Source: an uncultured delta proteobacterium (GTDB taxonomy: Bacteria > Myxococcota_A > Polyangia > Fen-1088). From it: DNA of 64,000 nucleotides. The DNA lies in the NCBI GenBank assembly GCA_963737265.1, contig CAVTRY010000007.1, positions 128,001 through 192,000 on the forward strand, in the 5' to 3' direction. How positions within the stretch are numbered: position 1 is the stretch's first letter; each line of letters starts with the position of its first letter. Shown here in pieces: positions 9,409-19,795 of the stretch. The notes under the pieces are model-generated. The model had not been told where the DNA came from, did not search any database, and saw only the letters and a program-made list of their open reading frames with translations. A program made the translations under genes and the position numbers.

Positions 9409-10515
9409 ATGGCAAAAGTTAGCACGTTGAGCGGGGATTCTTGGGTGGTGCCAAGCCGCTTCTACAGCCGTGGCAGCGACGGACGCGTGCTGTGCGAGAT
9501 GTGCCCGCGCGGCTGCCGTTTGATCGGGGGCCAGCGCGGCGTTTGCTTCGTGCGTGCGTGCCGCGACGGACAGATCGTGTTCACGAGCTACGGACGCTCG
9601 ACCGGATTCTGCGTGGATCCCATCGAAAAAAAACCGTTGTTTCATTTTCTGCCGGGAACGCCGGTGCTTTCCTTTGGCACCGCGGGCTGCAATCTGACGT
9701 GCAAGTTTTGCCAGAACTGGGAGACCAGCCGCGCCCGCGAGACTGATGAGACGAGCGAGCCGGCGTTGCCGGCGGCCATCGCCAACACGGCGCTCCACCT
9801 GGGCTGCCGGAGCGTGGCCATGACCTACAACGATCCGGTGGTGTTTTTCGAGTACGCCGTCGACGTTGCCGACGCTTGCCGCGAACGCGATGTGCGCGCC
9901 GTCGCGGTCACGGCGGGCTACATGATGCCGGCCCCGCGCGCGGAACTCTACCGCCGCATCGACGCGGCGAACGTGGATCTCAAAGCGTTTTCACAGCGAT
10001 TCTACCGCGAGCTTTCCGGTGGCGACCTCGGCCGCGTCTTAGATACCTTGGTGTACTTGCACGAACAGACCAAGGTCTGGCTGGAAATCACCACCCTGCT
10101 CATCCCTGGCGAAAACGACAGCGATACCGAGCTGGACGAGATGACTCGCTGGCTGGCTGCGAATTTGGGTGCCGACGTGCCGCTGCACTTTTCGGCGTTT
10201 CATCCCGATTTTCGTCTGCTCGATCGGCCGCCGACGCCGCTTGCGACCGTGCAGCGTGCCCGCGCCATCGCGCGCGGCAATGGCCTGCACCACGTGTACA
10301 TCGGCAACCTGCGCGACGATGACGGCGCCGCCACCTACTGCGCCGGCTGCGGTGCCAAGCTCATCGGCCGCATCGGCTACGAAATTACGTCGTGGGAGTT
10401 GAGAGAGAACGGCGCGTGCAGGGTTTGCGGGGCCGTCTGCGCGGGTGTTTTCGACGGGCCTCCCGGAACGTGGGGAAATCGCCGCTTGCCGGTAGCCATC
10501 GACGGGACCGGATAG
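9409..10515 (+). CDS. amrS: AmmeMemoRadiSam system radical SAM enzyme
   Basis: CEMCPRGC, DPIEKKPLFHF, CNLTCKFC cluster motif, AFHPDF, YCAGCG. Confidence 0.93.
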   Translation: MAKVSTLSGDSWVVPSRFYSRGSDGRVLCEMCPRGCRLIGGQRGVCFVRACRDGQIVFTSYGRSTGFCVDPIEKKPLFHFLPGTPVLSFGTAGCNLTCKFCQNWETSRARETDETSEPALPAAIANTALHLGCRSVAMTYNDPVVFFEYAVDVADACRERDVRAVAVTAGYMMPAPRAELYRRIDAANVDLKAFSQRFYRELSGGDLGRVLDTLVYLHEQTKVWLEITTLLIPGENDSDTELDEMTRWLAANLGADVPLHFSAFHPDFRLLDRPPTPLATVQRARAIARGNGLHHVYIGNLRDDDGAATYCAGCGAKLIGRIGYEITSWELRENGACRVCGAVCAGVFDGPPGTWGNRRLPVAIDGTG

Positions 10516-10632
10516 TTCACCGCAGAGGCGCCGAGAACGCAGAGACTGCGCAGAAAGAAGAAGGGTTCGGAACGGCGATCCGGAAAACCCTCACCTTTCC
10601 GGCCTCTGCGATCTCCGTGCCTCTGTGGTGAA
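10516..10632. repeat. REP/MITE-like inverted repeat element
   Basis: 29-nt arms TTCACCGCAGAGGCGCCGAGAACGCAGAG and CTCTGCGATCTCCGTGCCTCTGTGGTGAA (25/29 complementary, two mismatches are G-U compatible). Confidence 0.8.
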
Positions 10633-10638
10633 ATCCGC

Positions 10639-12986
10639 CTACAGGCTCTGCAAGAAAGCGATCAAATCTCTCTTCTCGTCGGCGCCGAGCCTGGTGCCGA
10701 ACTCGTGGCCGGTGTTGCGATTGCCAGGCAGGCGGGTGTCGAAGGTGAAGGCACCTTGGCCGCTGCCGAGGACGAAGCTCGCCGGTCGCTGGTCGCTCGG
10801 GACGAGCAAGCGCCTCCAGCGTAGGCACCGAGCCGTTGTGCAAGTAGGGCGCCGAGGCGACCAGGGTCGTAAGCGGCGGCGTGCGCACCCACGGACCGGC
10901 GATCTCGAACTGTTTCGACCGGGCCTTTGCGATGGGCGGACGGGATGCGGGTGATGGGCATGCGCACGTTCTTGTCGGCGAGCTCGCGACGATCGACTTC
11001 GAACCCGAACATCGCATCGGTGCCGATGCCACCCGCGGCCAGGTCGTCGCGCTCGTCGCCTTGGGCGCGGCCGTCGCCGTCGGCGTCGAAGGGCAAGATG
11101 CGGCAGTTCGAGTACGGAATCGGCGTGGCCAGGGCGGGGTGGCTGTCGTGGCAGCTGGTTGCACGTCGACTGCACTTGCTCGGCGGTGGTGCTTGCGCGA
11201 TCGATGCCGAATTCGTCGAAGATCGACGACAGACCAGCACGGGCCGCGCCCTTGCGCAGGCCGATCATGGCCAGCATGCCAACCGGCTCGTGCACGAGAT
11301 GGCAGTCGGTGCAGCGGGGGATTTCCAGGCCGGCTTTGGGAATGGGCTTCTTCGGTCGCGAGTGTGGTGGCCGAATGGCAGGACACGCAGCGAACGGGTA
11401 GATGCGCGCGGCAAGCGGCCGGGTTTCGTCGATGGGCGCAAGACAGCGGCGGCGCGATATCGGTGTTGGCGTAGACCGGCGGTACGTCGACTAGGATCTG
11501 TTGGTTGATGATCTCGCCCGTGATGCGATTGAAGAAGATCGCTTGACCGCGCGCCACGGCCGCCGGATCCAGTGCGGGGCGCGCGATGGCGGAAAGATCG
11601 GTGTCGTAGAGCAGCTTGCGGATCTGGGTGGCCTCGAAGCCGAGGCGCAGGCCGCGCACGAGCTCGGGCGGCGCGGGCGAGTTGTGGCGCAAAACGCGCA
11701 CGTACATGATGCCGGGGAAGGAATCGGCCTGCAGGCCAATGGCGCCGATGGAGCGGCTGTCGAGCACCATGGCGCGATTGATGAGATCGTCGTCGCCTTC
11801 GAGGCCGGGTGGAAATTCGATGCCGAGCTCGGCCAAGGCGCGGGCGCGGCTTTGTCCCGTGCGTTCGGCGTAGCGGCCGAGCCAGTCGACCCCGCGCGTG
11901 GCGTAGGTCGCCGCCCAATTGATGACGGACAGCGAACGCACCGAGAGCGAGCTTGGAATGCTCTTGGGGTTGAATACGCCCTCGGGTGCCGGTGCGCATG
12001 GCGCCCACGTCGGCGTAGCGGCGCGAGTGCAGCCCCGGCGCGCTCATGTCGAGTCCGAATTCGTTGGTCAGGTCGGCGCGGCCCGGCCCGGCCAGCAGCA
12101 GCGACGCCTGCACTTGTTTGGCGCCGGGCAGCTTGAGCGCCTGGCGATACTCGGCCACCGTCACCTGGCCGTCGTGATTCAGATCTAGCACCAAGGACTC
12201 GGCGAGGCGCATGCGGCGTTTGATGTCCGCTTCGTCGTCGGGAACGCCGTCGTGGTCCAGGTCGAGGACGTGGGCCGGGTCGAACAGCGACGAGGTGGCC
12301 AGCATCATGCCGTAGTCGAGGCGCGCGCTCGGCAGGCCGAGCACGGTCTTGCCATCCACGGGATTGCGGCCGGAATGGCACAGCCAGCAAGTCATGCCGA
12401 TCTCGCCCGTGGGCTTGCCGGTCTGAAAATCGAGAGCATCGCGCAGGCCGGAAAATCCCGTGCTGGCCGAAGTGTAGCCGAGCTTTCCCGGCGGGTCGTC
12501 GGGATCGGCGGCAAGACCGAAAACCTCGGGATTGCCTAAGATGCCGCCTTTGAGCGAGATGTCGCGGGTGACGTGGGTGTCCACCGTGCCGTCTTGATCG
12601 AGATCGAGCGGCACGCGATCGAGATGGATTTCGATATCGCGGCGCCAAGCCAGATCCGCGAGGTGGGTCCAGTAGTCGCCGTTGGTGTTCACCAGGCGCG
12701 AGCCTTGGCTCGACGTCGGACGGGTGAAGTCCTGCCATTCGTAGGTGCCGATGCTTTCGATGGCCTGCTGCCGGACACTGGCATGGGCCGCGGCGGGCAG
12801 GAGGCGCGGCGCAACGACGCCCGGAAGGAGGGTCGCGTCCGGCGCCGGTGCGGGCGGTTCTGCCCGGTCGATATCTGCCTTGTCCATGTGCGGTTGCGTG
12901 CGCACGTGTCGAAATTTGTGTTTGCACGAGCTTGCGCCGGTGAGGGCTAGCGCGACGAACGCAGCGGCGATGGTTTCACGCTTCAC
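10639..12986 (-). CDS. Lipoprotein multiheme c-type cytochrome with RoxA/CCP-like C-terminus (several frameshifts)
   Basis: Lipobox GASSC; CWLCH, CVSCH, CTDCH and a frameshift-split CTSCH; C-terminal APYLHNGSVPTL...FDTRLPGNRNTGHEFG...EKRDLIAFLQSL spread over three frames. Confidence 0.75.
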
Positions 12987-13061
12987 GAGGCCCGAAATCT
13001 ACATCGCAATGACGAATGTGCACACCTCCCGTCGACCGTTGGTGCATAAGCTTCTACCCCG

Positions 13062-14238
13062 ATGCAGGGAACACCATCCGAAGGCGGAGTCGAAAACCGG
13101 CTTCCGCAGGCGTCACGCACCAAGCGCATCGAGAGTGCGGGAGCGCTGGAAGTGTTCGTTCTGGCGACGCCCGCGTCGACGCTCGACGAGCCGCGCGGAC
13201 AGTTCGCCTCCATGGCAGCCAATGCCTGCGACGCGCTAAACGCCGAGGGATTTGCACCGGGCGACATCGTGTGCGGCTGGATCCATGTCGCGGCGCCGCC
13301 GGCTTGGCCGTGGCGGGGCATACTGGCCAGCGCGTGGAAGATGTCCAGCACCGAGCCATTGCCCGTCACTCCGCTACTCCAGCCACCGGCCGCACCCTCC
13401 TGCTATTGCACCTTGCTCGTGCATGCCGTCCGTTCGCGCGGGTCGAGTCGGGTCTGGTGCGGCCTTACCACACAGCCGGCGGCGAGCACCGTCCTGCGCG
13501 CCGGCGCGCGCCACTTGCGACTGACATCCATCGTACCGCGAACCGAGTTGGCGCCGGGCTCGAACCGTCGCGGAGGCCGCCTACGACATGTTGGCCCAGG
13601 CCAGCCACGCCCTCACCGCGCGCGGGCTTTCCTTCAAGGACGTGGTCCGCACGTGGATTGTCGTGCGCGACATTCATCGCAACTACGAGGCGGTGAACCA
13701 GGCCCGCAATCGATTTTTCGCCGAACAGCGGATTGTCCGCTTGCCCGCCAGCACCTGTGTCGAGGGCGGCATCTTGGGTTCCGGCTGTCCGGTGGCCATG
13801 GATCTCTACGCCGTGGCCGGCCCGGCGCAAATCCGCATCGAGGCCATCCCGCCTGGGTCCATGGGCGAGGCCACTGCCTACGGATCGTCGTTTGCGCGCG
13901 GTACGCTCATTGACGAGCCCGGCCGGTCGATGGTGTACCTTTCTGGAACGGCGAGCATCGACGCGCAGGGAGCCGTGGTTTCCCTGGGCAGCGTGAGCGG
14001 CCAACTCGACTGCATGCTCGGCAATGCGCGAAGCCTGCTAGGCCAGGTCGGCATGGATTTCGGCCACGTCGCCGGCGCCATCGCGTACCTTAAGCGGGCG
14101 GGCGACTACGGCGAATTCCTGCGGGCGGCAGCGGAGCGCGGCCTTCCGGCCTCCGTGCCCACCGCGGTGGTCGTCGCCGATATCTGCCGGCCCGAATGGC
14201 TGTGCGAAATCGAGCTGTGCGCCGCCAAGTCGACCTAG
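13062..14238 (+). CDS. RidA/YjgF (FkbO/Hyg5-like) family protein, frameshift near 13563
   Basis: VVRTWIVVRDI, LPAST, YGSSFARG, YLSGTASID, ADICRPEWLCEIE; removing one A joins the two ORFs. Confidence 0.75.
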
Positions 14239-14261
14239 CTACTCCGCGTCCGCAATGCTGA

Positions 14262-14285
14262 AATCGGACTAAAATCGGTCGGATT
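14262..14285. promoter_or_regulatory. Candidate Rrf2 operator
   Basis: Imperfect inverted repeat AATCGGAC-N8-GTCGGATT about 40 nt upstream of the Rrf2 start. Confidence 0.4.
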
Positions 14286-14323
14286 GGGCGGACGCATGGC
14301 AATTTGCGCGCTAGGCTCGGGAT

Positions 14324-14857
14324 ATGGATACAATTCTCAGAATATCTGACGCAGCGAACCTAGCTATCCATGCGATGGCCCACATTGCCAGATCGGGTGG
14401 CGACGTTAACCATTCAGTCAACGAAATCGCCGCCGAACAAGGCGTTTCAGAAGCCCATCTGTCGAAAGTCATGCAGCGCCTGGTGAAGGTCGGTCTCCTC
14501 ACCTCACGGCGCGGTCCGGGCGGAGGCTTCGTTCTCAGCCGGGTGGCGGAAAAGATCTCTCTCTTGGAGATTCTCGAGGCCATGGACGGACCGATGTCGG
14601 ACTGCAAGTGCCTACTCGGACGCAAAAAGTGCCTATTTGGTGGCTGTGCTCTCGGGGCGCTTTTGACCCACGTCAACCATCAGGTGCGGGTCTTCATGGC
14701 GTCGCGGAATCTGTCGGACCTGATGGGATCGAGTCTCAAGCACACGCTGTTTCTGGCAGGGCTATCGGGGACAAACGGGGGACCAGAGAAAACCAAGAAG
14801 AAGCCGGCGAAGCACAAGTCACAAGACGCGCCGCGGCCAGCGCGACCAGATCGATAG
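14324..14857 (+). CDS. Rrf2-family transcriptional regulator
   Basis: VSEAHLSKVMQRL, SRRGPGGGFVL, ISLLEILEAMDG, Cys cluster CKCLLGRKKCLFGGC. Confidence 0.93.
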   Translation: MDTILRISDAANLAIHAMAHIARSGGDVNHSVNEIAAEQGVSEAHLSKVMQRLVKVGLLTSRRGPGGGFVLSRVAEKISLLEILEAMDGPMSDCKCLLGRKKCLFGGCALGALLTHVNHQVRVFMASRNLSDLMGSSLKHTLFLAGLSGTNGGPEKTKKKPAKHKSQDAPRPARPDR

Positions 14858-15090
14858 GGCACTACGGGCCTGCCGGCAGCAAACCGGCCGCCTGCCGCGC
14901 CATCATTCCACCATCGAGGTCGCGCACGCTCAGCCACGCGCGATGAGTTCGTTGCCGGCGGACAGGCTCATGCCGCCGCTCATGCAAACCACCGTCCGCG
15001 AGAACTATCTAAGCCCTCTGACTAGCGCTAGTATTCCGCTGCCCCAATCCGGCGTCATGGACGCCTTCATTCGCGACGTAGGAGATCAAC

Positions 15091-15900
15091 GTGAGAAACA
15101 GCATCAAGCTTGCAGTCCTAGTGTTGGCCAGCACGATTCTTGGCAGCGCATGCGTCACCTCGGGAACGTATGACGCCAAGGTGGCCGAGCTCGACAAGTC
15201 GTTCAAGGATCAGGACTCGCTGAAAAAGGACAACGCCAAACTACAAAACCAGATCGACGATCTCAACAAGCAGATTACCGAGCTGAAGAAGCAGATGGAC
15301 CAAGTCAAGGCTTACAGCAAGGGCAAGGCCGACGAGGCCGGGGCGCTGGCGGCCGGCATGGAGAACTTGCAGAAGCGTTTGGACGAATTGGAAAAGCAGA
15401 AGAAGACGGCGGAGGCGCGCGCGGCCATGTTCCGTTCTCTCGTGGACAAGCTGCGCTCGATGGTCGATGCAGGTCAGATCAAGGTGACGGTTCGCAACGG
15501 CCGCATGCTGCTGGTTCTGCCCAACGACATTCTCTTCGATTCGGGCAAGACCGAGCTTAAGCCCGAGGGCAAGGATGCCATCGCCAAGGTCGCCAAGGTG
15601 CTGGCCGGCATGCCGGATCGCCACTTTCTGGTTGCCGGCCACACCGACAACCTACGCATCAAGACCAAGCAGTTCCGCTCCAACTGGGAGCTCTCCACTG
15701 GGCGCGCCGTCGAGGTCGTGCGCCTGCTCATCGACAACGGCATGAAGCCGAGCCAGGTCGGCGCCGCCGGCTACGCCGAGTACGATCCTGCCGCGGACAA
15801 TGCGACCGCCGAAGGGCAGAAGCTGAATCGCCGCATCGAAATCGTCGTCGAGCCCAATCTCTCGGAGCTTCCCAGCTTGGAAGGTCTCGGCATCAAGTAG
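15091..15900 (+). CDS. OmpA/MotB-family peptidoglycan-binding lipoprotein with coiled coil
   Basis: Lipobox GSAC, ILFDSG, GHTDN, NWELSTGRA, NRRIEI. Confidence 0.9.
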   Translation: MRNSIKLAVLVLASTILGSACVTSGTYDAKVAELDKSFKDQDSLKKDNAKLQNQIDDLNKQITELKKQMDQVKAYSKGKADEAGALAAGMENLQKRLDELEKQKKTAEARAAMFRSLVDKLRSMVDAGQIKVTVRNGRMLLVLPNDILFDSGKTELKPEGKDAIAKVAKVLAGMPDRHFLVAGHTDNLRIKTKQFRSNWELSTGRAVEVVRLLIDNGMKPSQVGAAGYAEYDPAADNATAEGQKLNRRIEIVVEPNLSELPSLEGLGIK

Positions 15901-15953
15901 TTCTGTTTTGTCAGGTGGAGGTTGGGCGTAGACTGGCGCCGCTTGACTCCATC

Positions 15954-17321
15954 ATGTTCAAGAAGCGCGACGTAAACATTCATTTCGTAGGCATCGGCGG
16001 TATCGGTATGTCCGGTATCGCCGAAGTTCTATTGAACCTCGGCTACCAGGTTTCCGGCTCCGACCAGCGCGAAAGCGACGTGACCCGCCGGCTGCAAGCG
16101 CTGGGCGGCCGCATCTTCGTCGGGCATCGCGCCGAGCAGATGCGCAGCGCCGACGTGGTGGTGATTTCCAGCGCGGTAAAGGCCGACAATCCCGAGGTGC
16201 TGGCCGCGCACCGGCGAGACATTCCGGTCATCCCGCGCGCCGAGATGCTGGGCGAGCTGATGCGGGTCAAGGATGGCGTCGCCGTCGCCGGCTCACACGG
16301 CAAGACCAGCACCACGACGATGATCGCCACGATCTTGGCCCAGGCCGGCCTGGATCCCACGGTCATCATCGGCGGCAAGGCCAAGGTGTTCGGCTCGAAC
16401 GCACGCCTCGGGCAGGGCGAAGTGCTGGTGGCCGAAGCCGACGAGTCCGACGGATCCTTTCGTCATCTTCTGCCCATGGTCGCGGTCATCACCAACATCG
16501 ACCGCGAACACATGGATCACTACGGCACCGAGACGGCGTTGCGTGAGGCGTTCCTCGATTTCGCCAACAAGGTTCCTTTTTACGGCGTGGTCGTGGTGTG
16601 CGCGGACAATCCGGCGGCGGCCGCGCTTCTACCCGACTTGCTAAAGCGGCATGTGACCTACGGTCTCTGCGCGGGCGACTACCGCGGCGAGATCCTGTCG
16701 GCCGATGCCCAGGGCACGCGCCTGCGCGTTTCGGTGCGCGGCAAGGTGCGCGGCGACGTGGTCGTGCGCATGCCTGGCATTCACTACGCACAAAACGCGC
16801 TGGCATCGCTGTGCGTGGCCGACGTGTTCGACGTGCCTTTCCAAGCGAGTTGCGAGGCTCTGGCTGGCTTTGGCGGCGTGGACCGGCGCTTTTCCGTGCG
16901 CGGCGAGGCGGCCGGCATCCTGGTGGTGGACGACTACGGCCACCATCCCACCGAAATGGCCGCCACCATTGCGGCGGCCCGGCTGTTTGGCCGGCGCTTG
17001 GTGGTTGCGTTCCAGCCTCACCGCTATACGCGCACCAAGGACCTGATGAAAGATTTCGCGCCCGCGCTGGCTGGCGCCGACGAAATCGTTCTCACGGATA
17101 TTTATCCTGCGGGTGAAGCGCCGATCGTCGGCGCGGACATCCAAACGTTGATGCGCACGTTTCCGCCGAATGAACCCATGACCTACGTTCCACGCAAAGA
17201 CCTGACCAATGATCTGACAGCTCGGCTTAGAAGCGGCGATCTTCTCCTGGTGCTTGGCGCTGGCGATATTACCCAGGTAGCAACTGAGGTACTCGGCCGG
17301 CTCGAGCGCCCAAGGGTGTGA
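15954..17321 (+). CDS. murC: UDP-N-acetylmuramate--L-alanine ligase
   Basis: HFVGIGGIGMSG, GSHGKTSTT, EADESDGSF, DDYGHHPTE, FQPHRYTRT. Confidence 0.97.
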   Translation: MFKKRDVNIHFVGIGGIGMSGIAEVLLNLGYQVSGSDQRESDVTRRLQALGGRIFVGHRAEQMRSADVVVISSAVKADNPEVLAAHRRDIPVIPRAEMLGELMRVKDGVAVAGSHGKTSTTTMIATILAQAGLDPTVIIGGKAKVFGSNARLGQGEVLVAEADESDGSFRHLLPMVAVITNIDREHMDHYGTETALREAFLDFANKVPFYGVVVVCADNPAAAALLPDLLKRHVTYGLCAGDYRGEILSADAQGTRLRVSVRGKVRGDVVVRMPGIHYAQNALASLCVADVFDVPFQASCEALAGFGGVDRRFSVRGEAAGILVVDDYGHHPTEMAATIAAARLFGRRLVVAFQPHRYTRTKDLMKDFAPALAGADEIVLTDIYPAGEAPIVGADIQTLMRTFPPNEPMTYVPRKDLTNDLTARLRSGDLLLVLGAGDITQVATEVLGRLERPRV

Positions 17322-17473
17322 CCTGCTCGCCGCCCGTCGACACTGAATATACGTGAAAAATTTGGCTGGGCGGGCAAGCCGAGCGATCTTGCGTGTGTGC
17401 GCGAAGATGGCGATAGCACTCGGTTGCCAACCCCAGTCTTGGGTGGGGTGAGATCCGCCGGCGCACAAGGGCG

Positions 17474-18451
17474 GTGGCGAGCATGATCGGGCATCCGGCG
17501 GTGCTGGAGGTCGAAACTCCGCGACGCGGGCTCTTTCGCCGCCGACGGGGCAATCGCCGGGCGGTGGTGCAGCGCCGCGGTCTGTTTTCCTTGGTGGCGA
17601 GTGGTGTCAGCAGGGCCGGTCGAACGGGGCTTCGTGTCGTGCGCGTGGCCGCCAAGGTGATCGTGCTCGTGGGTGTGATTGCAGGATGTGTGGTGGGCGG
17701 TCGCTGGGCCTTGCGCCATGTCGTCGATTCCCCGCGTTTCCAGATTCAAGCCATCGATCTCACCGTGCTCGCCGCCATGCCTCACTTTGGGCAGGCCGAC
17801 GCCTTGCGACTTTCCGGCGTCTCCGTCGGTGACAAATTGCTTGGCGTGGACACCGACGGCGTTGCCGCTCGCATCGCCGGCCATCCGTGGGTCGCCAGGG
17901 TGCGGGTCAGCCGGCGCCTGCCTTCCTCGCTCGTCATCGAGGTCGTGGAGAGACGCGCGGTGGCGGTGGCCGCGCTCTCGGGGCTGTACCTGGTCGATGA
18001 AAACGGCCGGCCGTTCAAGCGCGCGAACATGGAGGAGGCGGACGGCCTGCCGGTTTTGACCGGCATCGAGCGGGCCCGCTACGCGCAAATGCCCGAGGTC
18101 AGCGAGGCGGCGTTTCGCGAGGCCTTGGCGGTTTTGAGCGAATACCGCAGCAAGCCCGGCCGTCCCGCCGTGGGTGAGGTCGGCATCGATCCGGGGTTCG
18201 GTTTCTCGCTGCTTCTGCTCGATGGCGGTGCCGAAATTCGCCTCGGCAGGGAAAATTACAGCAAAAAATTGGCGCAACTCGATCAGATCTTCGAAGCTGT
18301 GAGGCAGAAGGAGATGGGGGGACTTTCCGCTCTTCGGATCGTGCACCTCGATCTTCCCGAGAGTGGGCGTGTTCCCGTGCTCCTTCGTTCGAGCGGCACG
18401 GAGCCGTCCATGCCACCCAAACCAGTCACCTTGAAAATAGCCAAAAACTGA
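17474..18451 (+). CDS. ftsQ: Cell division protein FtsQ/DivIB
   Basis: Single TM, POTRA-like HPWVARVRVSRRLPSSLVIEVVER, LPVLTG; directly upstream of ftsA. Confidence 0.85.
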   Translation: MASMIGHPAVLEVETPRRGLFRRRRGNRRAVVQRRGLFSLVASGVSRAGRTGLRVVRVAAKVIVLVGVIAGCVVGGRWALRHVVDSPRFQIQAIDLTVLAAMPHFGQADALRLSGVSVGDKLLGVDTDGVAARIAGHPWVARVRVSRRLPSSLVIEVVERRAVAVAALSGLYLVDENGRPFKRANMEEADGLPVLTGIERARYAQMPEVSEAAFREALAVLSEYRSKPGRPAVGEVGIDPGFGFSLLLLDGGAEIRLGRENYSKKLAQLDQIFEAVRQKEMGGLSALRIVHLDLPESGRVPVLLRSSGTEPSMPPKPVTLKIAKN

Positions 18452-18481
18452 CGGCGCAACGACAAGCAAACGAGCAAGAAC

Positions 18482-19711
18482 ATGGCCAGACGTAGCTCTG
18501 ACATCATCGTTGGACTCGATATCGGCACCACCAAGATCGCGGCGGTGGTGGCTGAAATGGGCGACAGCGGCCTCGACGTCATCGGCGTCGGGACCCATCC
18601 TTCGCGCGGGCTCAAGAAGGGCGTCATCGTCAACATCGACTCGACGGTGGCGGCCATCAAGCAGGCGGTGCTGGAGGCCGAAGGTATGTCCGGCTGTGAG
18701 ATTTCCCAGGTCTACGTGGGCATCGCCGGAGGCCATATCAAGGGCATCAATTCCACCGGCACCGTCGCCGTCAAGGACAAGGAAGTGCGCACGAGCGACG
18801 TCGCCAAGGTGCTCGAGCTGGCGCGCGCCATCGCGCTGCCCGTGGATCGCCACATCGTCCACGTCCTACCCCAGGAATACAAAATCGACGGCCAGGACGG
18901 CGTGCGCGAACCGCTCGGCATGTGCGGCGTTCGCCTGGAAGCACGGGTGCACATCGTTACCGCGGCGGCGGCGGCCATGCAAAACGTGATCAAGTGCTGT
19001 AGCCGTTGCGAGCTCGAAGTGCTCGACATCGTGCTCGAACCGCTTGCTTCGGGCGAAGCGGTGCTCGAAGAGGACGAAAAGGGCCTGGGCGTGGCGCTCG
19101 TCGACATAGGCGGCGGCACCACCGACATCGCGATTTTCACCGAGGGCTCGGTCGCCCACACCAGCGTAATTCCGCTCGGCGGTCACCAGCTCACCAGCGA
19201 CATCGCGTTCGGTCTGCGCACGCCCCCACACGAGGCCGAGAAGATCAAACATCAGTGGGGGTGTGCCCTGGCCAGCATGGTGGCCGAGGACGAAACCATC
19301 CAAGTTGCCTCCGTCGGTGGCCGCGCGCCGCGCGTGCTGTCGCGCCACATGCTCTGCCGCGACATCATCCAGCCTCGCATCGAGGAGATCTTTTCGTTCG
19401 TGAAGGCCGAGATCGCACGCCTGGGTTGCGACGATCTGCTCGCGTCGGGAGCCGTAATCACCGGCGGTTCCACCCAACTTCCCGGCATGGCCGAGCTGGC
19501 CGAGGAAATCCTGGGCATTCCCGTGCGTCTCGGTGTTCCCAAGGGCGTGGGCGGCCTAGCCGACGTGGTCAAGTCGCCGAGCTTCGCCACCGGGGTCGGC
19601 CTGGTCCAGTACGCCTCCGCCCAACAAGCCAACAATGCGCGCAGTGCCAGCGCACCCGTGCGCAACGGCATGTTCGGCCGCCTGCGTCGCGTGCTGTCGA
19701 GCGCCTTCTGA
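18482..19711 (+). CDS. ftsA: Cell division protein FtsA
   Basis: GLDIGTTKI, VDIGGGTTD, AEKIK, ITGG. Confidence 0.97.
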   Translation: MARRSSDIIVGLDIGTTKIAAVVAEMGDSGLDVIGVGTHPSRGLKKGVIVNIDSTVAAIKQAVLEAEGMSGCEISQVYVGIAGGHIKGINSTGTVAVKDKEVRTSDVAKVLELARAIALPVDRHIVHVLPQEYKIDGQDGVREPLGMCGVRLEARVHIVTAAAAAMQNVIKCCSRCELEVLDIVLEPLASGEAVLEEDEKGLGVALVDIGGGTTDIAIFTEGSVAHTSVIPLGGHQLTSDIAFGLRTPPHEAEKIKHQWGCALASMVAEDETIQVASVGGRAPRVLSRHMLCRDIIQPRIEEIFSFVKAEIARLGCDDLLASGAVITGGSTQLPGMAELAEEILGIPVRLGVPKGVGGLADVVKSPSFATGVGLVQYASAQQANNARSASAPVRNGMFGRLRRVLSSAF

Positions 19712-19795
19712 TGACAGTCATCGATAAGAAAAAACAGCAAAAAATTTGGCGCGACCGGCGTCGCGTGAGATCCCAATAGTCTAGGGAGAGTTCAC

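Noticed and set aside
17183-18862. Long antisense ORFs (also 2398-3525, 29551-30927 and others)
   Set aside because: Shadow frames of well-supported genes, expected in high-GC DNA
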